Positions 47,586 to 58,358 are shown, numbered from the stretch's first letter. The stretch: DNA of 64,000 nucleotides from Candidatus Eiseniibacteriota bacterium (GCA_963776245.1 CAVZLN010000006.1:512001-576000); one strand, 5' to 3'. Notes: generated by a model not told the origin, from the sequence alone. Made by a program: numbers and translations.

Positions 47586-48854
47586 GTGAGCCATTGGAGA
47601 GGCCGTCCCCTGCAGGCGCTGCTCGTCGCCCTGGCGATGGCGGTGCTCGCGTCCGCCATGCCGGCGCTGGCCGCGGAGAGACTCATCTCGCTCGACGCCG
47701 AGGAAGCGAGCCTCCCGAGCGTGCTCAAGATCCTCGCCGAGAAGGGTGACCTCAACATCGTCACCGGGCCCGGCGTGTCCGGCGGCCGCATCTCGATCCA
47801 CATGAAGAACGTCCCGCTCGATCAGGCGGTCAATCTGGTGGTGCGGGCCGCGGGGCTGGCCTACGAGCGCATCGGCAACAGCCTGCTGGTCGCGGAGGCG
47901 AGCTCGCTCAAGGAGGAGACCGGGCTCTCGTCCTACGTCGTGGACCTCAAGTACGCCGACGCCAACGACGTGAAGGCCGCGCTCAAGGACATGTCGGCCC
48001 AGATCCAGGTGGACCGCGGAGGCAACCGGCTGATCGTGATCACCAGCCCGCGCGTGATCTCGGAGATCCTGTCGCTGGTCACCAAGCTCGACCTGCCCGC
48101 GCGCCAGGTGATGCTCGAGGCGCGCATCGTCGAAGTGTCCACCACCGACACCAAGCGGCTGGGCATCGACTGGGACCTGCTCACGCGCCAGGGGTTCATC
48201 ATCACCGAGGGCCAGCCGGGCCCCACCGCCCCGGACGTGCCGCCGACCACGATGCCCTACATCCGGTCGTCACTCGGCCGACCCGACGCGCTCATGGGCT
48301 GGCGCCCGAGCCGCCAGGCCAAGGAGTTCAACGTCGCGCTCGACCTGTTGATCCGCGAGGGCAACGCGCGGGTGCTCGCCAATCCCAAGATCGCCACGCT
48401 CAATGGCAAGGAGGCGAGCATCATGATCGGGCAGCGCATCCCGTTCGTGGTCACCGGCACGGTGTTCGCGGGCGGCGGCGCGGCGCCGGTCCAGCAGGTG
48501 CAGAAGGAAGAGGTCGGCATCAAGCTCAAGATCACGCCGCTCATCAACGCGGATGGCTACATCACGACCGAGATCACGCCCGAGGTGTCCTCGGTCACCG
48601 ACTACAAGGGCGACAAGGCCGACCTGCCGGTGGTCGACACGCGGCAGGCCACCACCACCGTGCGCCTGAAGGACGGCAACTCGGTGATCATCGGCGGGCT
48701 GTTGAGCGAGGACAAGTCCACCACCATCTCGAAGCTGCCCCTGCTCGGCCAGATCCCCGGCCTCGGGCTGCTGTTCCAGCACCGGGTGATCATCACCAAC
48801 AAGAAGGACCTCATCATCGAGATCACGCCGCGCATCCTGCCGGAGACCCAGTAG
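47586..48854 (+). CDS. pilQ: Secretin (PilQ/GspD), compact, no AMIN domains
   Basis: QVMLEARIVEV, VLANPKIATLNG, GIKLKITP, IGGLL, LPLLGQIPGLGLLF. Confidence 0.92.
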   Translation: MSHWRGRPLQALLVALAMAVLASAMPALAAERLISLDAEEASLPSVLKILAEKGDLNIVTGPGVSGGRISIHMKNVPLDQAVNLVVRAAGLAYERIGNSLLVAEASSLKEETGLSSYVVDLKYADANDVKAALKDMSAQIQVDRGGNRLIVITSPRVISEILSLVTKLDLPARQVMLEARIVEVSTTDTKRLGIDWDLLTRQGFIITEGQPGPTAPDVPPTTMPYIRSSLGRPDALMGWRPSRQAKEFNVALDLLIREGNARVLANPKIATLNGKEASIMIGQRIPFVVTGTVFAGGGAAPVQQVQKEEVGIKLKITPLINADGYITTEITPEVSSVTDYKGDKADLPVVDTRQATTTVRLKDGNSVIIGGLLSEDKSTTISKLPLLGQIPGLGLLFQHRVIITNKKDLIIEITPRILPETQ

Positions 48855-48934
48855 CGCGGGCCGGCGCGCGACGGGCCGGGCGGTTCCGCCGCGGGCGGGG
48901 CCGCCCGGCGCTGTCGGAATGGGACGCCGGTGTG

Positions 48935-49255
48935 CTAGAAACCCGGCAGGTGGCCGACGTGGATGACGCCCGCCATCCAGCCCAGCCACTGCCCCACCGC
49001 GATCGTGAGCGCCACGGTCACGAGCGCGAGGCCCGCGGTGGCGAGTCCGGGAGTGCGCTGGCGGTGGCGATAGAGGTACCAGATGAGAGCGGGCACGATC
49101 AGGCCCTTGAGCACCACGAACACCCACCAGTGGTGATGGGCGAGGTCGGCCAGCAGCGGATTGCCCTCGCGGTTGCGGAACCAATGGATGCCGAGCGCGG
49201 TGGCGACCAGGTCGAGGCTGTTCGCCACCACGGCGAGGAAGAGCACGATGCGCAT
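48935..49255 (-). CDS. Small membrane protein (DUF5658-like)
   Basis: NSLDLVAT...EGNPLL...LKG; three hydrophobic segments. Confidence 0.65.
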   Translation of the reverse strand: MRIVLFLAVVANSLDLVATALGIHWFRNREGNPLLADLAHHHWWVFVVLKGLIVPALIWYLYRHRQRTPGLATAGLALVTVALTIAVGQWLGWMAGVIHVGHLPGF

Positions 49256-49345
49256 GAGCGAGCGGGTCCCGAGGTGCGAGTCCGGTAGGAGTGACGGCTC
49301 AATTGTGCCTGATGCCCGCGGTGCTTTCAATGGCCGGAGTGATGG

Positions 49346-50119
49346 ATGAGCGTTCCCCACGGGTACCTGCTGGCGTGCGCCGGGGTGTTCGGGCTGGTGC
49401 TGGGCAGCGCCATGACCGCGCTGGTCCACCGCATCCCGCGCGGGCTGTCGTGGGTCCACGGCCGCTCGCGGTGCCCGGCCTGCGGACACGAACTGGGCGC
49501 CCTCGACCTGGTGCCGGTGCTGTCCTGGGTGCGCACCCTGGGGCGCTGTCGCCACTGCGGCGCGCGGATCGCCGCGCGCTACCCACTCACCGAACTGGCC
49601 TGCGGCGCCTGGGCTCTACTGGCCGCGGACAAGCTGGGGCTGGACGCGACGCTGCCGCTGGTGATGGTGTGGGGCGCGCTGCTGATCGCGCTGCTCTGGA
49701 TCGACCTCGACGAGAAGATCCTGCCCGACGCGCTCACCTTCCCCGGCGTGCTGGTGGGGCTGGCCGCCGCGCTCCACCTGGGACCGCATGTGTACGTGTA
49801 CGGCGCGCTGGTCGGCACCATCCCGCTCTACCTGCTCCTGATGTTCTGGGAGAAGGTGCTCAAGGTGGACGGCATGGGCTTCGGGGACATCAAGCTCGGA
49901 CTCATGTTCGGCGTGCTGCTCGGGCCCTGGCTCACCATCCTCGCCATCTTCCTGGGCGCGCTGGTGGGCAGCATCACCGGGGGCATCCTGATGGCGCGCG
50001 GCCGCGGCCACATGCGCACCGAGCTGCCGTTCGGGACCTTCCTCGCCCCGGCCGCCCTGGTGGCCTACCTCTGGGGTGAGCCGCTCCTCGACGCCTACTT
50101 CGCGCTGTTGCGCCCATGA
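49346..50119 (+). CDS. pilD: Prepilin peptidase
   Basis: SRCPACGH...[33 protein letters not shown]. Confidence 0.95.
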   Translation: MSVPHGYLLACAGVFGLVLGSAMTALVHRIPRGLSWVHGRSRCPACGHELGALDLVPVLSWVRTLGRCRHCGARIAARYPLTELACGAWALLAADKLGLDATLPLVMVWGALLIALLWIDLDEKILPDALTFPGVLVGLAAALHLGPHVYVYGALVGTIPLYLLLMFWEKVLKVDGMGFGDIKLGLMFGVLLGPWLTILAIFLGALVGSITGGILMARGRGHMRTELPFGTFLAPAALVAYLWGEPLLDAYFALLRP

Positions 50120-51128
50120 CTCCCCCGGAGGCCAGCGTGATCCGTTCGCGCATCACCGGCATCGGATTCGAGGTCCCCGAGCGCGTGGTCACCAACCACG
50201 ACCTCGAGCGCATCATGGACACCACCGACGCGTGGATCGTGGAGCGCACCGGGATCCGCGAGCGCCACTTCGTCGAGCCCGGCACGGCGCCGCGGCGCTC
50301 GGCACCGCGGCGGCGCGCCGGGCGCTCGCCGACGCCGGCCGCACGCCGGCCGACGTGGACTTCATCATCTTCGCCACCACCACGCCCGACTACACCATCC
50401 CCGGCTGCGGGGTGCTGGTGCAGCAGAACCTCGGTCTCGGCACCGTGGGCGCGCTCGACGTGCGCAACGCGTGCAGCGGGTTCCTGTATTCGCTCTCGGT
50501 GGCCGACGCGTTCGTGCGCGCTGGGGCGTACCGCTGCGTGCTGGTGATCGGGGCCGAGGTCCAGAGCACCGGCATCGACCTGACCACCGAGGGTCGCGAC
50601 ATGGCGGTGCTGTTCGGGGACGGCGCCGGCGCCGCGGTGCTCGAGCCGTGCGACGACGGGCGCGGCGTGCTGGCGTGGGCGCTGCACAGCGAGGGCCGCC
50701 ACGCGCAGGAGCTGTGGTGCGAGGCCGCGACCTCGCTGGTGCCGGGGCGCGTCACGCCCGAGATGATCGCCGCCGGCCGTCATTTTCCCCACATGAACGG
50801 CCGGATGGTGTTCAAGCACGCCACCACCCGGTTCCCCGAGGTCATCCTCGAGGTGCTCGAGAAGTCGGGCCACACGCTCGACGAGGTGAGCCTGATCGTC
50901 CCCCACCAGGCCAACCAGCGCATCGCCGACGCCGTCGGCGAGCGGCTCGGCGTGCCGGCGGAGAAGGTGTTCCAGAACATCCAGCGCTACGGCAACACCA
51001 CCGCCGCGAGCGTGCCGATCGCGCTCACCGAGGCGCGTGATGCCGGCCGCGTGAAGCCCGGGGACCTCGTGGTGCTGGCGGCGTTCGGCAGCGGCTTCGC
51101 GTGGGGCGCCGCGGCGATCCGCTGGTAG
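50116..51128 (+). pseudogene. fabH: 3-oxoacyl-ACP synthase III with one -1 frameshift near 50285 (likely sequence error)
   Basis: [16 protein letters not shown] in one frame; NACSGF, FGDGAGA, HQANQRI, YGNTTAAS in the other. Confidence 0.88.
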
Positions 51129-51147
51129 CCCGCGTCGAGCGCGGCGG

Positions 51148-54100
51148 TCAGGCCACCGGCGCCGGGGCCCCGGCCACCGCGGGCCCGCGCCGGCGCGCGC
51201 GCAGCCGGCGCTGGAGTCCGTCGAGGTAGGTGTAGAACACCGGCGTGACGTAGAGCGTCACGAGCTGCGAGAACGCCAGCCCTCCCACCACGGCGAGACC
51301 CAGCGGCCGGCGCGACTCGGCGCCGGTGCCGAAGCCGATGGCGATCGGGAGCGTGCCCATCAGCGCGGCCATGGTGGTCATCATGATGGGCCGGAAGCGG
51401 ATGATGCACGCCTCGACGATGGCGTCGCGCGGCGACTTGCCCTCGGTGCGCTCCGCGTCGAGCGCGAAGTCGATCATCATGATGGCGTTCTTCTTGACCA
51501 GGCCGACCAGCATGATGACGCCGACGAAGGCGTAGATCGAGAGCTCGGTGCGGAACACGAACAGCGTGAGCAGCGCGCCGAAGCCCGCGAACGGCAGCCC
51601 CGACAGGATCGTCAGCGGGTGGATGAAGCTCTCGTAGAGCACGCCGAGCACCAGGTAGATGACCAGCACCGCGAGCAGCAGCAGCCAGAGCAGGCCCTGC
51701 TGGCTGTCCTTGAACACCTGGGCGGTGCCGAAGAAGCTGGTGGAGATGGTCGCGGGCAGCACCTCGCGCGCGGCCTTCTCGACCGCGTCGGTGCCCTCGC
51801 CCAGCGCGACCCCGGGCCGGAGGTTGAACGACAGGGTGACCGCCGGGATCTGCCCGGCGTGGTTCACCGACAGCGGCCCGACGTCGGGCGCCAGCGTGGC
51901 GACCGCGCCGAGCGGGACCAGTCCGCCGTTGCGCGAGCGCACCGACAGCAGCGCGAGCGCGGACGGGTCGCGCTGGTACTGCGGCATCAGCTCCATGATG
52001 ACCCAGTACTGGTCGTTGGGCGTGAAGATGGTCGAGACCTGGGCCGAGCCGTAGGCGCTGTAGAGCGCCTGCTGGATCTGCAGCGCGGTGATGCCGAGCG
52101 CGGCCGCCCGGTCGCGGTCGATCTGCACCTCGATCTGCGGATTGCGGATCTGCAGGTCGCTGGTGACGTCCTGGAGCCGCGGCTCCTTCTGCAGCCGCAG
52201 CAGCAGCGCGGTCGCTCCGTCGTAGAGCGCTCCGATGTCGGTGCTCTGCAGGGTGTACTGGTACTGGCTCTTCGAGACCCGCCCGCCCACGCTGATCACG
52301 GGCGGGTTGTTGAGGTAGACGCGGATGCCCGGGACGCGCGCGAGCTTCGGCTGCAGCTCGGCGATGACCTCGTCCGCGGACAGCCGGCGCTGCGCCCGCG
52401 GCTTCAGCCGGATGAAGAGCCTCCCGCTGTTGGTCGTGCCGCCGCCGCCGCCCCCGGCGCCCGACATGAAGTCCTGCACGTTCGGGTCCTTCGCGACGAT
52501 CGCCGCCACCGCCTGCTGGTGGAGCACCATGGACTCGAACGACGTGCCTTCGGGGGTCTCGGTGGAGCCGCTGATCTGCCCCGTGTCCTCGCTCGGGATG
52601 AAGCCCTTGGGGACGATCCGGTAGAGCCCGTAGGTGCCGAGGAGGATGGCGAGCGAGAACGCCAGCGCGACGCGACGATGGTCCATCACCCACTCCAGCG
52701 TGCGCGTGTAGACGCCCAGTACCGCCTGGTAGGCGCGCTCGTTGGCCTGGTAGATGCGCCCATGCCGCCGTTCGTGCTCGCTGGTGAGGAATCGGCTGCA
52801 CAGCATCGGCGTGAGCGTGAGCGAGACGAAGCCCGAGATCAGGATCGCCGCGCTGATGGTGACCGCGAACTCGTGGAACAGGCGCCCGAGCAGGCCGCCC
52901 ATGAGCAGCACCGGGATGAACACCGCGACCAGCGAGAGGGTCATCGACAGGATGGTGAACCCGATCTCGCGCGAGCCCTCCAGCGCCGCCTGGAGCGGGG
53001 GCTTGCCCATCTCCACGTGCCGGTGGATGTTCTCGAGCATCACGATGGCGTCGTCCACCACGAAGCCGACCGACAGCGTGAGCGCCATGAGCGATAGGTT
53101 GTCGAGGCTGTAGCCCAGCCGGTTCATCACCGCGAAGGTGCCCACCACCGAGAGGGGCAGCGCGAGGCTGGGGATGACGGTGGCGGAGAGGTTCTTGAGG
53201 AACAGGAAGATGACCATCACCACCAGCGCGAACGTGAGCAGCAGCGTGAACTGGACGTCCGTGACCGAGTTCCGGATCGAGATCGAGCGGTCGTAGAGCG
53301 GGAACACCTGCACGGAAGCCGGCAGTTGCGGCTGCAGCCGCTTCACCAGCTCCTGCACCCGGCTCGCCACCGCGACGGTGTTGGTGCCCGGCTGGCGCTG
53401 GATGGCGAGGATGATGGCGCGCTCGCCGTGCGCCCAGTTCGCCGCCCGGTTGTTCTGCACGTCGTCGATGACGAGGCCCAGATCGCGAACGCGGACCGGC
53501 CCGCCCTCGCGCCAGGCGACCACCAGATCGCCGAACTCCTTCGCGTTCTTCAGCTGCCCGTTGGCCTGCACCGTGGCGGTGCGGTTCGGGCCCCACAGGA
53601 TGCCGGTCGGCAGATTCACATTGCCGCTGTTGATGGCGCTCGCGACCTCGTCGATGCCGATCTGGCGGGCGTTGAGGGCGTGCGGGTTGAGCCGCACGCG
53701 GACCGCGTACTTCTGCGAGCCGAACACCTGGACCTGCGCCACGCCGCTGACCATCGAGATGCGCTGCGCGAGGAAGCTCTCCGCGTACTCATTGAGCTGC
53801 GGGAGCGGCAGCATCTTCGAGGTCAAGCCAAACATGATGATGGGCGAGCCCGCCGGATTCACCTTCTGATACGAGGGCGGGATGATGCCCGAGGGCAGGC
53901 GGCGCAAGGTCTGCGCGATCGCCGACTGCACGTCCTGCGCGGCCGCGTCGATGTTGCGGTCGAGGGTGAACTGCATCGTGATGTTGGTGCTGCCCTGGCC
54001 CGAGGACGAGGTCATCACGTCGAGCCCGGGGATGGTGGAGAACTGCTTCTCGAGCGGCGTGGCGACCGCCGACGCCATGGTCTCGGGGCTCGCGCCGGCG

Positions 54101-54252
54101 AGGCTGGCGCTCACCGAGATGATCGGGTAGTCCACGTTCGGCACGTCGCTGACGGGCAGTTGCGTGTAGCCGATCAGCCCGAAGAACAGGATGCCGACCA
54201 TGATCAGCGTGGTGGCGATCGGCCTCCGGATGAACAGCGCCGAGAGGTTCAC
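51148..54252 (-). CDS. RND efflux permease (MdtB/C-like)
   Basis: FIRRPIATT, GFVVDDAIVMLENI, GLVKKNAIMMIDFA, RFRPIMMTT; GTG start at 54252. Confidence 0.95.
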   Translation of the reverse strand: MNLSALFIRRPIATTLIMVGILFFGLIGYTQLPVSDVPNVDYPIISVSASLAGASPETMASAVATPLEKQFSTIPGLDVMTSSSGQGSTNITMQFTLDRNIDAAAQDVQSAIAQTLRRLPSGIIPPSYQKVNPAGSPIIMFGLTSKMLPLPQLNEYAESFLAQRISMVSGVAQVQVFGSQKYAVRVRLNPHALNARQIGIDEVASAINSGNVNLPTGILWGPNRTATVQANGQLKNAKEFGDLVVAWREGGPVRVRDLGLVIDDVQNNRAANWAHGERAIILAIQRQPGTNTVAVASRVQELVKRLQPQLPASVQVFPLYDRSISIRNSVTDVQFTLLLTFALVVMVIFLFLKNLSATVIPSLALPLSVVGTFAVMNRLGYSLDNLSLMALTLSVGFVVDDAIVMLENIHRHVEMGKPPLQAALEGSREIGFTILSMTLSLVAVFIPVLLMGGLLGRLFHEFAVTISAAILISGFVSLTLTPMLCSRFLTSEHERRHGRIYQANERAYQAVLGVYTRTLEWVMDHRRVALAFSLAILLGTYGLYRIVPKGFIPSEDTGQISGSTETPEGTSFESMVLHQQAVAAIVAKDPNVQDFMSGAGGGGGGTTNSGRLFIRLKPRAQRRLSADEVIAELQPKLARVPGIRVYLNNPPVISVGGRVSKSQYQYTLQSTDIGALYDGATALLLRLQKEPRLQDVTSDLQIRNPQIEVQIDRDRAAALGITALQIQQALYSAYGSAQVSTIFTPNDQYWVIMELMPQYQRDPSALALLSVRSRNGGLVPLGAVATLAPDVGPLSVNHAGQIPAVTLSFNLRPGVALGEGTDAVEKAAREVLPATISTSFFGTAQVFKDSQQGLLWLLLLAVLVIYLVLGVLYESFIHPLTILSGLPFAGFGALLTLFVFRTELSIYAFVGVIMLVGLVKKNAIMMIDFALDAERTEGKSPRDAIVEACIIRFRPIMMTTMAALMGTLPIAIGFGTGAESRRPLGLAVVGGLAFSQLVTLYVTPVFYTYLDGLQRRLRARRRGPAVAGAPAPVA

Positions 54253-55397
54253 GGCTGCCGGTCCCCCGCGGCCTGGCGCACCATCACGCGGGCCTTGGGG
54301 CCGATGCGGAACTGTCCGTCGGTGATCACGGTCTCGCCCGCCTCGATCCCGCCGGTGATCACCGCGAGGACGTCGTCGGACCGCACCACCCTGACCGGGC
54401 GAGAGGTGACCGTGGAGTCGGGATTCAGCACGTACACGTAGGTGCCCATCTGTCCGTTCGTCACGGCCGGGGCCGGCACCACCTTGACGCCCCGCTGGGT
54501 GGTGAGCACCAGCCGCACCTCGACGAACTCGCCCGGCCACAGCCGCCCGTCCCGGTTGGGGAACTCGCCCTTGAGCAGCAGCGTGCCGTTCGTCGGGTCC
54601 ACCGTGTTGTCGATGAACGCCAGCCGGCCCTCGACCTCCACCGAGTCCCCCGACGCCGCCCGCGCGAACACGCGCGGGCCGGCGGCGCGATAGCGCTGCA
54701 CGGCCGGCAGGTCACCCTGCGAGAGCGTGAACCGCACCAGCACCGGCCGGGTCTGGTTGAGGGTGACCAGCGGCTCCGAGGTGGCGGCCTTCACCAGATC
54801 GCCGACGTGCACGTCCACCTTCCCGGCCCGGCCCGCGATCGGTGCGCGGATGCTCGCGTACTCCAGGTTCAGCCGGGCGCCGGCGACCGCCGCGGAGTCC
54901 GCGCTCACGGTGCCGCGCAGCGCGTCGGCGGTGGCCGTCACCCGGTCGTGCTCGGCGGGCGCGATCAGGCTCTGCGCGAGCATCTTGTCCGCGCGCTCGG
55001 CGTCCAGCCGCGCGCTGGTCCACTGCGCCAGATCGCGCGCGAGGTTGGCCCGCGCCAGATCGAGCGCGGCGCGGAACGGCCGCGGGTCGAGCTCGATCAG
55101 CACCTGCCCGGCCGCGACCTCCTGACCCTCGCGGAACGCGATGCGGGTGACCACGCCGCCGACCTGCGAGCCCACCGAGGCGTTCTGCACCGCCTCCACC
55201 GTGCCAGTGGAGACGAGCGCGAGCGGCATGTCGCGCACCTCGACCCTCGCGACGGTGACCGGCACACGGGGATCGCGCGGCGCCTTGCGGCCGCCGCACC
55301 CGGCCACGAGCAACGCCAGCACTGCGAACCAGACCATCAGCGGACGCGGACGGGAACGGCGCGGGGACGGCCCCGCGAGCCCGGCGAGGGCATTCAT
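54249..55397 (-). CDS. RND membrane-fusion protein (MdtA-like)
   Basis: Lipobox LVAG|C, IRAPIAGRAG, DNTVDPTNGT, LWPGEFV. Confidence 0.92.
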   Translation of the reverse strand: MNALAGLAGPSPRRSRPRPLMVWFAVLALLVAGCGGRKAPRDPRVPVTVARVEVRDMPLALVSTGTVEAVQNASVGSQVGGVVTRIAFREGQEVAAGQVLIELDPRPFRAALDLARANLARDLAQWTSARLDAERADKMLAQSLIAPAEHDRVTATADALRGTVSADSAAVAGARLNLEYASIRAPIAGRAGKVDVHVGDLVKAATSEPLVTLNQTRPVLVRFTLSQGDLPAVQRYRAAGPRVFARAASGDSVEVEGRLAFIDNTVDPTNGTLLLKGEFPNRDGRLWPGEFVEVRLVLTTQRGVKVVPAPAVTNGQMGTYVYVLNPDSTVTSRPVRVVRSDDVLAVITGGIEAGETVITDGQFRIGPKARVMVRQAAGDRQP

Positions 55398-55616
55398 GGG
55401 AGCACTCCTGGGACGCTGGCGGGGGCCTTCATTCCAAGGGTATACCCTCGCGCCACCCGACGCGTCCAGCCCGTGTCCACCGCGCAGCGCTCGCGACCCG
55501 GATTGCCGCGCTCGTCCGCGCCCGCGGTCCCTGCGGTCTCCGCGGCGCCCGCCGTGCCCGGTCGCGCCACCCCGGCCGGCGCCGCGAGCTCACTTCATTC
55601 GCACCCCGATGCGCGG

Positions 55617-55646
55617 CACGCCGCACCGGTTGCCCGGTGCGGCGTG
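55617..55646. terminator. 13-bp stem-loop downstream of the multicopper oxidase
   Basis: cacgccgcaccgg-ttgc-ccggtgcggcgtg. Confidence 0.6.
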
Positions 55647-55687
55647 TGCGGCCTGCTCTCGGCGATCGGGGGATGCCGAGCCGCGTC

Positions 55688-58111
55688 CTACTGGATGCGC
55701 GCGAGTCGCTGGGTGATCACCTGGCCCTGCGCCTCGAACCGGATGAAGTAGAGACCATTCGAGACCGTGCGGCCGTCGGCATCGCGGCCATCCCACGTCA
55801 GGCCGTGCGGGCCCGCCGGGAACGCGCCGTTCGCCAGCTCGCGCACCTTGCGGCCGCCGGCGTCGTAGACCGCGAGGCGCACATGGCCCTCGCGCGAGAG
55901 CGAGAATCGCAGGCTGGCGTCCCCGGCCGTCGGGTTCGGAGTCGGGCGCTCGAACGCGAAGCGCGAGTCGAGCGGGAGCTCGACCCAGGCCTCACCGAAG
56001 AAGCGCTCCGTGCCGCCCTCGACCACGCCGAGCCGGTATCCATAGCTCTGGCCCGGGGTCGCGTCGCGGTCGTCGTACACCAGGTGGCCAGTGCCGTCCG
56101 CCGCGAGCGTGCCGAGGCGGGCCCAGGCGTCACTCGCGGTGCGGCGGTAGAGCGAGGCGACCGTCGCCGCGTCGGGGCTGTACCAGTCGAGATGGATGGC
56201 GCCGTCCTGCACCAGGCCGGTCACCAGCGCGAGCTGCACCGGAGTCGCGGTGTTGCAGTAGTACTCCTCACCCACCAGGGGATCCGGGATGTCGGCCGGG
56301 GTCAGCACGGGCGAGCCGGGCGCGCCGGCCGCCGTCAGCTGATACGGGCGCATCATGTCGTTCTCTTCGTGCTCCAGGATGTGACAGTGGGTCACGTACG
56401 GCCCGCTCGTGGCGTCGAACGGGAACGATCCACCGTCCTGCGGCGCGAACCGCACCAGGATGCGCGAGACCTCGCCCGGATTGCAGCGGAAGGTGTCCTT
56501 CCAGCCGCGCTCGTTGGCCTCCGGGGCGAAGGGCGTCCCCGACAGGTAGGGCTCGAACGGGACCGGGTTGTACATACCACCCATGGGCACCGGGATCACC
56601 GGGTTCTGGATGTCGAATTCGGTCGTGAACGCCATGGAATTGAAGGCCTGGCGGCTGTAGGGCAGGAACTGCACCAGGTGCAGGTGCATCGGGTGCGTGT
56701 CCATGGTCATGTTCACGATCTCCCACAGCTCGGTCTCGCCGACCTTGGGCATGATCACGTCCATGTCGTCCACGAACTCCCGCCCGTCGATATACATCCC
56801 CAACGGCCCGCCGGGGCCCGCCTTCTCCATCAACGTGACAGTGCGGCGGCGGGTCGGGATGAGTTCGGGCATGGGGTTGTTCGTGCTGATGGTGCTTCCA
56901 TCCGGGCCGCCCGCCGCGTGCACGCGGAACTGCATCACCTGGCCGGAGGTGGACGGATCCACCGGGTCACCGTCCGGGAACGGGGAGTTCGCGTTGTTGA
57001 CCAGCACCAGGTTCGTCCCAGGGGCCACGCCCGCGAAGTCGATGATGACGTCGCAGCGCTCGCCGGGGGCGATGATCAGCCGCCGGGTGTTGGGGTTGGC
57101 CGGGTTGTTGAGCACCACCGCGCACGGCAGGTAACCGCCGTCGGTGCCGATCTGGTAGAAGGCGGGCCCGGGCGCGCCGGTCTGCTGGTCCTCGAGCCGC
57201 ACCGAGAAGAACCGCGCCTGGGATCCGTTCAGGAACCGGAAGCGATACTTGCGCGCCTCGACGTCGAGGTACGGCCACACCTTGCCGTTCACCATCATCA
57301 CGTCGCCGAAGAACTCCGGCCCCCAGAACGGATGCTCCGGGTTCACGCTCATGTTCGGATAGAGCAGCGAGCCGTCGTCGTTGAACATCTTGTCCTGGAG
57401 GCAGAGCGGCACATCGTACGGCCCGCTGGGCAGGTTGGAGGGCTCGTTGCCGGGGTCCTGCACGAGGAAATAGCCCGCCAGGCCGGCGTACACGTTGAGC
57501 CGCGTGTATCCCCACGCGTGATCGTGGTACCAGATGGTCGAGGCCTGCTGCCCGTTGTGGTAAGTGAAGGTATCGTGCGACCAGAGCGTGCCCTTGTCGG
57601 TGTAGTCGTTCGTGAACCACTGGAACGGGTGGCCGTCGCTCTGGGGCTCGGTCTCGCCACCGTGGACGTGCGGGACCACGGGGATCCCGCCATGCGGCGG
57701 ACGCGCGCCCATGATGGTCGGGTCGTTCACGCTCTCGAACAGATGCACGGCCGGAAGGTGATTCTCCCACTTCACCTGGATGGGCACGTTCCGCTGCGCG
57801 ACGATGCTCAGCGCCGGATAGCTCGCGGTGGCCTGCGACGTGCCGTAACCCCACACCGTGCTGGGGGCCAGTTCGCTGTGGAGCTGCTGGGTGATCTGGT
57901 ACATGCCGATCGTGTAGTGGTTCGGTCCGTCCTGCGGCATCGCACCGGGAAGCGGCAGCGGGTCGATGTACTTGGTGAGGCTGAGGGGATCCAGTGGAAG
58001 GGCTCGCGCTGAGGAGGCGGCGAGGAGCGCGATGCAGGCGGCCAGGAAAAGGTTCAGGAAATGTCGCGTGTGGTCGCGGAGACCGGACGCCGAGCGTAGC
58101 GGTGTCAGCAT
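55688..58111 (-). CDS. CotA/bilirubin-oxidase-like multicopper oxidase with FlgD-Ig/T9SS-type CTD
   Basis: HVHG, WYHDH, HPMHLH, HCHILEHEENDMM copper motifs; PNP...WDGRDADGRTVSNGLYF CTD. Confidence 0.92.
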   Translation of the reverse strand: MLTPLRSASGLRDHTRHFLNLFLAACIALLAASSARALPLDPLSLTKYIDPLPLPGAMPQDGPNHYTIGMYQITQQLHSELAPSTVWGYGTSQATASYPALSIVAQRNVPIQVKWENHLPAVHLFESVNDPTIMGARPPHGGIPVVPHVHGGETEPQSDGHPFQWFTNDYTDKGTLWSHDTFTYHNGQQASTIWYHDHAWGYTRLNVYAGLAGYFLVQDPGNEPSNLPSGPYDVPLCLQDKMFNDDGSLLYPNMSVNPEHPFWGPEFFGDVMMVNGKVWPYLDVEARKYRFRFLNGSQARFFSVRLEDQQTGAPGPAFYQIGTDGGYLPCAVVLNNPANPNTRRLIIAPGERCDVIIDFAGVAPGTNLVLVNNANSPFPDGDPVDPSTSGQVMQFRVHAAGGPDGSTISTNNPMPELIPTRRRTVTLMEKAGPGGPLGMYIDGREFVDDMDVIMPKVGETELWEIVNMTMDTHPMHLHLVQFLPYSRQAFNSMAFTTEFDIQNPVIPVPMGGMYNPVPFEPYLSGTPFAPEANERGWKDTFRCNPGEVSRILVRFAPQDGGSFPFDATSGPYVTHCHILEHEENDMMRPYQLTAAGAPGSPVLTPADIPDPLVGEEYYCNTATPVQLALVTGLVQDGAIHLDWYSPDAATVASLYRRTASDAWARLGTLAADGTGHLVYDDRDATPGQSYGYRLGVVEGGTERFFGEAWVELPLDSRFAFERPTPNPTAGDASLRFSLSREGHVRLAVYDAGGRKVRELANGAFPAGPHGLTWDGRDADGRTVSNGLYFIRFEAQGQVITQRLARIQ

Positions 58112-58232
58112 GATGACCTCGGGGATGGAGGGTAAGTCCAACGGTGGACGGGTGCTAAGAGAGGTCCGGCGGCCCACTGCCTCGACATCGACCGTCCTGG
58201 TCACCAGCAGTTCGAGACTTTCTTCACATGGA

Positions 58233-58262
58233 ATGCTACCCGACCTCAAAAATGGAAGTCAA
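58233..58262 (-). promoter_or_regulatory. Putative sigma70 promoter of the multicopper oxidase
   Basis: TTGACT-N18-TAGCAT. Confidence 0.55.
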
Positions 58263-58358
58263 GACATTGTGCGGTTGGGATGGGGTAGGTCAACCCGACT
58301 GAGGGCCAGCGGGATGGGTCAGCCGGTGGGTCCGACCGCCGGCCCGAGGAGCGCCCGC

